Source: Zygnema circumcarinatum SAG 698-1b (Eukaryota > Plantae > Zygnematophyceae). Taken from it: a stretch of 64,000 nt of DNA. The DNA is taken from assembly GCA_037447605.1 (NCBI GenBank), contig CM074810.1, positions 2,948,880-3,012,879 of the forward strand, in the 5' to 3' direction. A program made the translations under genes and the position numbers. The notes below the pieces were generated by a model, which had not been told where the DNA came from, searched no databases, and saw nothing but the letters and a program-made list of their open reading frames with translations. Below, piece after piece: positions 20,770-31,693 of this stretch (position 1 is the stretch's first letter; the number at the start of each line of letters is the position of its first letter).

Positions 20770-23054
20770 TTTCCGTAGGCTTTCGGATGCCTTTCCCTGG
20801 TTCCCGGTTTTCAGTACTTTTCCATTCTCCTTGCCAGATGTTAGGCAATTTCAAGCCCTGCAAAAGAATCCTATTACTCCTTCCCTCGCCTTATGTACAG
20901 TTTTTCTTCTTTCATTCCGATCATGTATGTCTGAATGTATCTGGCCGTGATCCCGGGCGGGTGCAGCCTCCACCAGGCGCGCAGCTCCGTGTACGGCCTC
21001 CTCGACGACGCGCTGCTCCTCGCGGGCGGCCGCGCGCTCTACTTTGGACCCGCGGGGACGAGCGCGCTCGGACACTTCGCGGAACACGGGTAAGCTCAAC
21101 CCTAAATTCTAACACCATAAACCTTAAACCCTAAACCCTAAACCTTAAACCCTAACACCTTAAACCTTAAACCATAAACCTTAAACCCTAAACGCTAACA
21201 CCTTAAACCCTAAACCCTAACACCTTAAACCCTAAACCATAAACCTTAAACCCTAAACCCTAACACTTTAAACCCTAAACCATAAACCTTAAACCCTATA
21301 CCCTAACACCTTAAACCCTAAACCATAAACCTTAAACCCTAAACCTAACACCCTAAACCCTAACACCATAAACCTTAAACCCTAAACCCTAAACCTTAAA
21401 CCATAGACCTTAAACCTTAAACCATAGACCTTAAACCCTAAACCCTAACACTTTAAACCCTAAACCCTAACACCTTAAACCCTAAACCCTAACACCTTAA
21501 ACCATAAACCCTAACACCTTAAACCCTAAACCATAAACCTTAAACGCTAAACCTAACACCNNNNNNNNNNNNNNNNNNNNNNNNNNNNNNNNNNNNNNNN
21601 NNNNNNNNNNNNNNNNNNNNNNNNNNNNNNNNNNNNNNNNNNNNNNNNNNNNNNNNNNNNTCAACAACACAACAAATCCTGAATCAACCACTTGTGACCC
21701 TTTCCTCTAGCTAACTAACATATATTTACTTTCTGACTTCTCCTTCCCTCCCTCCCTCCCTCCTCCCTCCTCCTCCCTCCCTCCTCCTCCTCCTCCCTCC
21801 TCCCTCCTTCCCCTTCCCTCCCTCCCCCTTCCCTCCCTCCCCTCCCTCCCTCCCCCCTCCCCTCCCTCCCTCCCTCCCCCTCCCCCTCCCCCTCCCCCTC
21901 CCCCCTCCCTCCTCCCTCCCTCCCCCCCTCCCCCTCCCCCCCTCCCTCCTCCCTCCCTCCCTCCCTCCTCCCTCCCTCCCCCTCCCTCCCTCCCTCCTCC
22001 CTCCCTCCCTCCCTCCCTCCCCTCCCCCTCCCTCCTCCTCCCTCCCTCCCTCCTCCTCCCTCCCCTCCCTCCTCCCTCCCTCCCCTCCCTCCCTCCCTCC
22101 CTCCCTCCCTTCCCCCTCCCTCCCTCCCTCCCTCCCTCCCTCCCTCCCTCCCTCCCTCCCTCCCCCCCCTCCCTCCCTCCCTTCCAGGTTTGGCAAGTTT
22201 CTGGGCATTGTGACCCTTGAGTCCTTCGCCGCCTCCGCCTTCGGGTTGGCCGTGGGCGCCCTCGCCCCCAACCCTGAAGCGGCGGTCGCTATGGGGCCCT
22301 CCATGATGACCGTCTTCATCGTGTTTGGGGGGTACTATGTCAATTCGGAAAATACGCCCAAATTTTTTCGATGGATTCCGAATGTCTCGCTCATAAGATG
22401 GTACGAAGGACTCGTCTTGTTCCTCGAGTGAAAGAAAAACTTTTGAAAATGGTTTAAAGGTTATGAAGATAAGGTTTATGTTTGTGAAGGGTTTGAGGTG
22501 GTTTTTTAGATTGGAAAAGGATTGAGATGTTTGGAAAGCCTAAACCCTACTTGTGAACTATAGAAACCTTCGAGATTCTAGAAGAATCTAAGAAACCAGA
22601 AACCCTAAAGACCTCAGAAAAGACTCCTTTTGTAACTATTCAATCGATCTATTTTTTTTTTTTTTTTTGCAGGGCATTTGAAGCTTTGTGTGTGAACGAA
22701 TTCCGCGGTTTGAAATTTGAAGCAAGAAAGCAAGGGGACGCGCGAACCGGAGAGCAGGTGTTGGCGCGGCTCTCCTTCGAAAAGAGTACCGTGCAAAAAG
22801 CGCTGTGGAGAGAGGGCCAAATTCTCCTCTTCTTATACTCGACCACTTTTTATTTGTTGAAAAAAAAGAAGCTCGAATCTCAGCCGCTCCTGCCGGCTAC
22901 CTCCTACTCCTCCCTCCCTGGGGTGAGAGAGAGAGAGGGAGAGAGAGAGGGAGAGATTGATGAAGAGGAGGAGAAGTTTTTGGATGCGCTAAATGCAGCT
23001 TCTCACGGAGAGGAGCCGTTCCATGCGGCGGAGGAGGAGACTAAAATTGAGTAA
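17529..23054 (+). CDS. ABCG7: ABC transporter G family half-transporter, ABCG7/WBC7-like (multi-exon; middle exons lost in the gap at 21561-21660)
   Basis: Exons ~17529-17828, 18148-18227, 18807-18918, 19330-19480, 20066-20198, 20312-20390, 20967-21089, 22188-22400, 22673-23054. Walker A GPSGAGKT, signature [15 protein letters not shown], Walker [14 protein letters not shown] motif [25 protein letters not shown]. Confidence 0.92.
18250..18640 (+). repeat. ~33-bp intronic minisatellite (CTCCCTCACCCTCTTCATACACTCTCTCTCCCC)
   Basis: About a dozen tandem units visible in ABCG intron 2. Confidence 0.9.
21097..21560 (+). repeat. Degenerate interstitial telomeric (CCCTAAA) heptamer array in an intron, running into an assembly gap
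   Basis: Tandem AAACCCT/AAACCTT/AAACCAT/AACACCT units; a shorter array lies at ~18964-19150. Confidence 0.9.
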
Positions 23055-24788
23055 GGGCTGGTTTTAGGGTTAGGGTTCAGGAGTTCGGGTTTTCGAGGAT
23101 TAAGGTTTTTTTTTTCGGATTTTTGAAAAAGTTGTAAGGCAAGGCAAATTTTTTTTTGGGAGGAATTTGGTTCTAGGTTTGGTTCGAGGTCCACTTTTGT
23201 AACCTTTTTTGACCCCATTCAACAAGTTCAATGCCCCATCATTGACATGGTCCCTTTTTGCCTATCCAAAAAATCCCGAATCGAAGAATTATCCTTAATT
23301 CACAGAACCGTGATCGCTTTTTTTTTTCCTGTGAACAGCTGTAATGCGGCTGCGTCTTTTTTTTTTATTTGTTTTTTAATATCATGAAAAGGAATGTAAC
23401 CTGTGTTAGTGTACATTAGTTGGTTGTACATAGTTCATGAGAGCATGTTCTTGTTTGGGAGTCTAGATGGCAGAGCTAGGGTCGTAGGATTAAACTGTCC
23501 AGAAGGGTGCGCGTAGTGCGCGCAGTACGGAAGCGCGCACGGCTGTACAATACTGTACTGTACAGTACAGTACTGTACCGCCGCGACAAAGGGCCGTACG
23601 AACGGCGCGTGCTGATTGGTCGCGGCGCGCGGTCGCGACACGTGGCACCGTGAGGTCAAAATGTCGGGCACGAGTGTACCGATGGCTGTACGGATGGCGG
23701 CGCGCAGATATTTCCGCAAATGACGGACACGTTGAATGACGTGATTGGCCGTGACAGTGCGCAAGACGTGATGGGAATTTATGGTCGGGCAGGTCGAAAC
23801 AATGACATGCAAGGCCGGCCCGTGATGTGACGTGACGGAGACCATTACGGAGTCACGTCACACAAGCCATGTATGAAATAAATTGTCCATGTACATTTGA
23901 TGGCATCATCGCTATCCTGAGATCAATGCTACATCCATCCCCTTATAAATTAAGGAGCAGAGTTGGAGTGAAAAAACCCTTTGATGTAGACTGCGAGAAG
24001 CAGTAGTAGTAGCTTGCTGTATTGTGAAGTTTTACAGCATGAGGGGCACACTCTTGTATTGGAGTAGAGAAAAAAAAGAGAGGCTCTTCCCGATTTTTTG
24101 TACTCCGGTTTGGAATGTTTAGGCCATGGTGCTATCATGGCTTGCATAACCTTCGTAGATCACCTAAATCTCAATAATTTTGAATTCTAGCTTTCCCTTG
24201 TTCTTTGATATGTCCTTTAATTCTTCTGCTTGGGGCCGTTTAAGGTTTTGTGAGTGAGATCTTGCTTCTTCTGCAATTGTGGAATTGTTCTCCGAGCCCA
24301 AGGTGTGGAGGGATGTCCGAGGAATGCTATAGCCGGCCGGGAAGTACAACACCCAAAATCTGTACAAAATGTACAACATAGCACATAGCACATGTCCATG
24401 AGTCACTGTTTCCGTTTATTTCCGTTCAAGTGAAACAGAACTGAACTGAACAGAACTGAACTAACTACAAGGACTAAGACAGAATAAAATTACATAAATT
24501 ACAAAAAAAAAAAAAAAAAAACGAAAAAAGAGGCTGTTTTAGGAGTTTACTAAAAATCCTAAAACCCTACAACCCCTAACATAAAATCTGACCGTCGGAA
24601 AAATGTGTGTAAACATGCCCCATTAAAAGATATGCTATGAATTCCTTTAGATTTGAAAAATCTTTTACTTTTCGTTCCCTCACAACTGCCTCCCAAAAGA
24701 AATTGCTGAAGTTGACGAAAAAATCCATTAACCCAAAGGACTCAAAATTGACCATATCCACATAGAACCCGCCCCCCCAACCGTTCCG

Positions 24789-25166
24789 TTAAACGCCCCC
24801 CAACAGCCAATCCATGTCCAGGGCTCCTCCCTCTGTTCTCAGCAAAAATACGCCTTCATTTTTCCGCAATTTAAATGCATTCTGGCGAGTTAATCGACGG
24901 CCACTATCGCGCCCCCTGATCGCCTTTTGTCTTATTAGGCGTCGCCCCGTGTCCACGTGGCGTTCAGGAGAGGCGCTGTCCGCGTCAGAGAGCTCGTCGG
25001 CAGTCACAGGCTGACAGCTGTACGGCCGTTCCATATGCAGCCCTTCCGTTGCCAGGCACTGGCTCTCCATGTCGCTGTGCTCCTTCACGCACGACAACGG
25101 CTCTGAAAACTGTGAGGGTTCAGGGACCTGCTGGAGGGAGGGCTCTGTGCTGCCAGAAGGGCCCAT
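24789..25166 (-). CDS. Small orphan protein (125 aa), single exon, with tandem GRRLxRQxA motifs
   Basis: ATG at 25166 after a CT-rich leader like those of other genes here; complex non-repetitive ORF; U-rich 3' region with TGTAA. Confidence 0.5.
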   Translation of the reverse strand: MGPSGSTEPSLQQVPEPSQFSEPLSCVKEHSDMESQCLATEGLHMERPYSCQPVTADELSDADSASPERHVDTGRRLIRQKAIRGRDSGRRLTRQNAFKLRKNEGVFLLRTEGGALDMDWLLGGV

Positions 25167-27651
25167 GGTGTGTGGGGTGTGCGTGAGAGGGAGGGAGAGG
25201 GAGAGGAGGGAAAGGGTGGAGAGGGGGAGAGAGGGAGAGAGAGGGTGGGGAGAGGGTGAGGGAGAGGGAGAGAGGGAGAGGGAGGGAGAGGGTGGAGACG
25301 TAGAGGGAGAGAGGGAGAGAGAGAGTGGGGAGAGGGTGAGGAGAGGGAGAGAGGGAGAGGGAGGGAGAGGGAGGGAGATGGTGGAGAGATATAGGGAGGG
25401 GGAGAGGCAGAGGGAAAACGGAGAGAGGGAGAGAGTGCTGGCAGCGACCAACGAACAAACCAACGAGCGCTGTCTTATAGCGACCGACCGCAGGCACGGG
25501 ACAGGAAGCTTCCGAAGAACGAACATCGCGCCACTTGACTGTCAAAGCCGCCTTTTGGATTCGAACGCGCTTTCCATATTGACCGACCTTGACTCCTGCA
25601 AGCGGTGTTCTATGCTGCAGTAGCGCCGTTCGCAGCGACTAGCCGTTAAGTTAAACACCGAACGTCATAGAGAGTGCTCTGATCTACGGGTAATGTGAGC
25701 CACCAATGAGGATGTGCCACGTCATCCAAAAGTCGCAGTTAAGTTAGTGTATTACAGGAAACGAACATGTCTGTAGGAGTCGCAGTTCCAGTTCTTATTC
25801 TTAATTTGGTACATGGAACATTTCTGATCCAGTTGACTTCCCACATCTCAAATATTTTTTTCTCCATAGACACGGACATCTGTTTGCTTTCCATTTGTCG
25901 GTGACAGTGTAGGTTCCTTTACAAATCTGCCGACCAAAGCATTTTTGTCGTTTAGTTATGTACGTCTTCTCCGGCTGACCATCCCCGATCTGATTGGTCG
26001 GCTGCCGTGTCGGTGGACCGCCCACCGACATTCCTTGTTTTCCGGGTTGTCTTGACTTCAGATGATGACAAACAGAGCCGTCAACTTCTAAAGTACGGCA
26101 CCGACCATATTGAAGACCAGACGGACACGTGGCAGCACTATTAGGTACGAGTCGTACGAATATGTGTAGGATTAGTCTACCTGACGAGCCTTTCCATGAC
26201 AGATTTAAGATACGGCGTACAGTTTTCACGCTCAATTTGTACTTTGTGTACGTCATAATTCCCAAAACGACAAAATTGGGTCCCAGTTAACGTGTCGGTA
26301 TCGTCAAGGATAAATCCGTACGCGCGTCACTGTACTGTACAGTACAGTTGCATCATTGTACGGCGTTGCATCACATCATCAACTGAAGGATGGAAGGGAT
26401 GGCATGAATCTCACGCATGGCATTGGCCATCCAATGCACATGGACAACATCAGCATCATGGGGAACCACGAGGAACTGGGCGCAAAGGACCTAAGCACAA
26501 AAGAAAAAAGTTAGGAGCGAAAAATCATGCCTACGCTTCAAGCCCTCCCTAGAAGGTCGCCCATCGATGTGCGGCACATCGCGCGGAGGGAGGGAGGGAG
26601 GGAGGGGCGGGAGGCAACCGACACGGCCACTAACAACCACGGTTTCATGCGCAAGGGGCGGAGGAGCGAGGCAACGCTAAACGGAACCGCAGTAAAATAA
26701 AAAATTAATAACAATATAAAAAATGAACTTGAACGAATGAAAGGCATACATCAGTCACCGCCAAAAGTCACATACACCATACATACGACTTTGCCAAAAG
26801 GGTGTGTAACTTTGTCAAGGATGCCGTGACTTTACGTTCAGGTCATGTGAATGTTTGGAAGGCACAATAGCCTAGAATGAAATGTTTGAAACTTGATCAC
26901 AAAAAAATCCCAATCCAATCCAATCCATTGAATTAACCAAATTCACGGCATAGATCATGGAAACTGGAACATGGAACACCTTGAATTGCACAACTACCAC
27001 CATAATACGAGCATGGAACAACACATGGAACGCCCCCCGACTCGGCCCGCGCCTCTACAAGTACATACAGCTAGTCTACCGCTCCGTACATCTGCCTGTC
27101 CTATGCGCTGCATGCATGCATGCTGCCTTTCGGCAACCTCCAACACTCCTCCCACACATGCATCCCCACCATGAATGCCTGCCTGAGTCCGCCAATCCTG
27201 ACTCGCCACGTCATGGGTACCCCATGTGCACGAAAAAGGACGTGACGTTACACGACATGACATGACGTGACGTGACGTGACCAGACGTGACATGTGTAAC
27301 GTCACGCCCCCCTTGTGCACATATTGGCTCCCTCCGAAGACGTCGGCGGAGGATGGATGGCTCCTCTGAGTGCGCTGCCTCCCATAGCTAAAAATGGGAA
27401 TTTGGAGGCTGAAGAAAGGGCAGAGCAAGATCGCGAGATCGGCCACTCTCCCTTATTACAACTCCCTCTCTCTACATCGCTAAACCCTAAACCCTAAACC
27501 CTAAACTCTCACCGCAAGTAACGCCAAAAACCGCGAGTTGTCTTCGACAACATCATGCTTTTGCTCTCTCCTCATCTCCACCCCTCCCACTCGCTGTCTC
27601 CCCGCTCTCTCTCCTACTCTCTCCCTCTCTCCCTCTCCCTCTCCTTGTCTC

Positions 27652-29673
27652 TCACATCCCTAATGGCCCCAAAGACGGTCCATTGAGAAGCTCCTGCGGA
27701 ACGAGCGATTTCTCGACCGCTAAAATGCCGCCACCTGTTGATCCGTACAAGGAGGAACTATCTAGAAGAGTCCCCAACCCTCCCCCACTCCCCCCNNNNN
27801 NNNNNCTCCCTCCCTCTCTCCCTCCCTCTCTCTGCCTCCCGTGCTCCTCCACAGTGACAGGAGAAGAGGCGTTCCCACTGGAGGTAGTATCCGCCCCCGC
27901 ATTGTAAAGGACCCCCTTGAAAATATGGCCACCTATTTTGACCGTTGCGTGGTAGCCAAATTCAAAGACTCCGTCGACTACACCGGTTACGCGCACACTC
28001 TTCAGAAGAGTCTGAGCTGTCACTTCGGCAGGAAGGGGGAGCTTGGCTGCAAGAGCTGCAAAAAAAAGAAAAAAAAAACAAAAAACAAAAACTGGAAGGT
28101 GAAAAGAAGCGATATTCAAGCGCGTAAACTTGGAATGCAAAGGCCCAATTTCAGGATTAGAAAGGTAAAAGTTAAAAGTAGTAGAAGTCGGAAACCCGAA
28201 GTTCAGACATCGAAACCTGAAATTCAGAATTTCAAAAAGGAGAATCCAAAACTGAAAGCTCGGATTGTACAAAACAAGAATTCCAAATTTCAATCTCTCA
28301 GCAAATTTTTTGAGAGATGCCATAGTTAACTGGTTCAGGAAAGCCCCATGGAAGAGGAGAGAGAGGGAGAGGGGAGAGAGGGAGAGGGGAGAGAGGGAGA
28401 GGGGAGAGAGCAATGAGGGTAGCTGGAAGTACAGATCAAGATTCCCTTAATGTCTGTCTATGATGAGATTTCTTTCGACGAAAACATAGCTAGTTTTTTT
28501 TCGAGATTATATAAAAAAAAGGGGGTTAACTTGCTGATAGTTCATTTCCCTCATTAATCTCAGGTCCTAAATTATATATATGGGGCTAGTGATGATGAAA
28601 ACAAGTGAAGCTGAATCTGGGAAGGTGAGAGCATTTGGAAGAGCTGCACCATAAAATATGAAAAATATAGTAGATGGAGAATAAATTATTCATGGCACAA
28701 TGACTCTGAAGTCATCAGCATACACTACGACTTTCTATACCGATCTAAAACCTCTCTATTTCAGCACAAAATCAAGCTAATGCCCAGCTCAAAATGATGA
28801 AATTGAATTCAAATAAGTCCTGATCTCCCGTAGACCGACATAAGCAAATTGCAAGGAAAAACCCTTTCTCATATTCAAAGCCTTCATACTCATGTTCATT
28901 TCCTCATTCATATTTTCATCCATTGATACCGCAGTTTTTATCCCTATCTATAACCCTATTATTGCCACTTCCATTCACACTCCCCCTCACTCTCCAGCTT
29001 TCCCACTCAAAAAAAAGTTGTTCCCCCCTAAATTTTGTAAATTCCCCTCGTGTACCCCCATTGATAACCCGATCGAAATGACATTCTCATTCAATCCCAA
29101 ACTATCTATCCCTCCCTCCCCCCCCTCCCTCTCCCTCTCCCTCTCCNNNNNNNNNNCCCCCTCTTAGCCCCAAGCCCCCGTCCTACCATTCGCCTGACTC
29201 GCCGCGATGATCTCCGACCTCCCTGGCGGCGGCGGTCCCAACGGAAGAAACTGCGACGGAAACTGTAACTGTAACGGCGATGGAGACGCCCCCCCCAACC
29301 CTTCGCTGCTGCTGCTACTTGTTCGGGTCCGTTTCGATTTCCCCGTTGAAGGCAACGGATTCCCTGCTGCCAAGGCCGCCGCCTCCGCCTGCTGCCTCTC
29401 CCTCCGTTTGGCTGCGGGCACCCACGTGCTCTTAACATGTGTGGGACATGGAAACCCGCGGCTTTTACAGCAAGTTCTACAGCGGTGAAACTGACAGTCT
29501 TTCTTTGCGGAGTTTCCGCACTCTTGGCAGGCGGAGCCGTTCTCTCTGCTGCTACTGCTTGGGCCCCCTCCTCCTCCTGTGCTGCCTCCTCGCTCTGCCC
29601 CTCTCTCTCCCGCTCTCTCTCCGTTTCCGGCACTACCACCTCCGCTGGTGGAGGAGTCCAGCTGGGCCTCCAT
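27652..29673 (-). CDS. SRS: SHI/STY (SRS/LRP1) family transcription factor; exons 29673-29187 and 28055-27652
   Basis: RING-like zinc finger [46 protein letters not shown] and IGGH domain ([13 protein letters not shown]); a phase-1 GT-AG intron joins them in frame. Confidence 0.95.
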
Positions 29674-30224
29674 GGCCCAGAGGAGGGCCCCAGGCCTAGC
29701 AACTTCAGCCAGCTGTCACGAGTGGGAGTGAGAGGGGGTGAGGGAGAGAACGAGAGAGAGCGGGAAGGGGAGGAAGAAGGAGGACGAGAGGGAGGGGGAG
29801 AAGAGAGTGCTTCCACTCTAAACAATACATAACCTCCCAGCCCCCCCTAACTCTCTTGACTACTGAATTCCCTCTCTCTCTATCTCACTCGCTGTCGCGC
29901 TACCTTTCTCCGGTTCTCTCCCTCCCCCTGTTCTCTCCCCCCGCCCCCACCTTATCCCCAGCTCAAAATTGCGCCCTCCCCACTCCTTAGTTTCAGAGAT
30001 TCTGAACTGCTTCAAGCCCTTCGTTTGAGATATTTATGTAATTTCTTTCCCTGCAAAATGCAGGGTCCCAAGGACCTCTCCCGCCCCAAACCACTCTTCC
30101 TGAACCCTAAAATTCGAAACCCTGATTTTCTGCCCTTCTCCTCCTCCTCCTCCTCGCGGCTTCCTCCCTCCGGCCCCAAAAACACACACCATACGTCCCC
30201 GCAGTGGAGGCCTCCCCTGAAAAA

Positions 30225-30297
30225 GCCACGTGGCACTAATGCCCAAACACTTTCCTCGCCACGTGGCAGTCGATCTCTACTAGAACAAACACGTGGC
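30225..30297. promoter_or_regulatory. Three G-box/ABRE elements upstream of the SRS gene
   Basis: GCCACGTGGC 30225-30234, GCCACGTGGC 30258-30267, ACACGTGGC 30289-30297. Confidence 0.55.
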
Positions 30298-31389
30298 AGG
30301 CTCCTTCCTCCCTCCCTGCGTGACACCTGTCACGCCACCTAGCTTGGCCTTCTGGACGCCCTACGTTCCCACCCCCTATGAAGCCTGTAGACCCCTAAGA
30401 TTACCCCTAGGTTTCAGGTTATACAGAAAGGGAGGCTCAGGGTTAGGGTTTAGGGTTCACTATCACTCGCCCTCCCTCTCCCTCTCCCTCTCTCTCTCTC
30501 TCCCCCTCTGCCTCTCTCTCCCTCTCCCTCCCTCTCTCTCCCGTCTCCCTACTCTAGGGTCCGCCCTAGCCAGTTCATTTTCGGACCAGGGACCCTACGG
30601 AAATTCCTCCAGCCTCTAGGCTTCCAATCAATACATACTTGTACGAATATGTTTCTATCGTACATAATCGCAGCTTTATAAACATATTCGTACATAAAAT
30701 GTACCTTTGTGTACGAACACTAATTTGGTCGTACAGTGACTTCAGGTACAGAGACTCCGTTGTCGCATCCAACCGCAAAATCCAAGATTTTGGACAAATG
30801 CAACAAATGTCCAATAAAAATAAAACACGTGTAAACATTATACACGTGGCGCGCCGTTATTGGTGGTCGGCTCGTCGACCCTAGAAGGCCCAAAATGGCC
30901 ATGACGTGTGCTAAAATTTTGGACGGGGATCTGTCGGTGCGATGAAAGTGGGAATCTGACGTGGTACATTTTCAACCGTAAGATTTAACTCGTGCGGCTG
31001 AGAATCGAGAGCTCTCTTTCAGTGGACCCGACAGTCCGACAAGTCCGATAATTACGTTCATACAGTATGAACGCCAATGGACGTGGATACAGTTGATTTC
31101 TGAATCATCGTGTTGGATAGAAGTGGATCTCGTATCAACTGCGCGTTGCTCTTGTCGTGTCTATTCAATGATCTACGGTACAGTACTTGGAGTCGCAACT
31201 GGGATGGTTGAACCACGGTTGATCCTTGAAACTGTTCAAAACAGTGAGAACGACAGCAAAAGGAAATTTTCGATTCGACGCGGTGTATCCACAATTTCAC
31301 ATGTTTCCGAAAGGTGATCTCTTGAAAACCCACGAGTGGACTATTAAGCAGTTGTTGATCGACCGATCCACCCGCAGTGGACCACCCAC

Positions 31390-31443
31390 TTTCGCGCTCC
31401 CTTATTTTTGAACCTTTCTCGAATTCAAAAAGTTTCAACGGCT
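31390..31443 (+). promoter_or_regulatory. Putative cell-cycle promoter module (E2F, CHR-like, MSA) of CAP-D2
   Basis: TTTCGCGC 31390-31397, TTTGAA 31407-31412, TTCAAA 31424-31429 and TCAACGGCT 31435-31443, directly before the CT-rich 5' leader. Confidence 0.5.
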
Positions 31444-31693
31444 CTCTCTCCGCCCTCTCCCACTCCCTCCCCTACCACGACCACTCCCTCTCCCTCTCCC
31501 TCTCCCTCTCCTTCTCCCACTCCCTCCCTCCTCTCACAGCCTCTCCCTCCCCCTCTCTTCTCCAACCACCCATCCTTCCGCACTTCCATCTTTCATTTCT
31601 AAGAAGGCGAGAAACCCTAAACTGCAGGTTTTTACTTCTAAACCGAACGTATTCAGTTTATTTTGGACAGAAAAATAAAAATTTGTAGGTGAA

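Noticed and set aside
19522-22319. ER/RE/GR-repeat ORFs in ABCG introns (and similar ones across the window)
   Set aside because: GA/CT microsatellite artefacts.
23950-24406. Short minus-strand ORFs as a transposase relic
   Set aside because: No diagnostic motif recognised.
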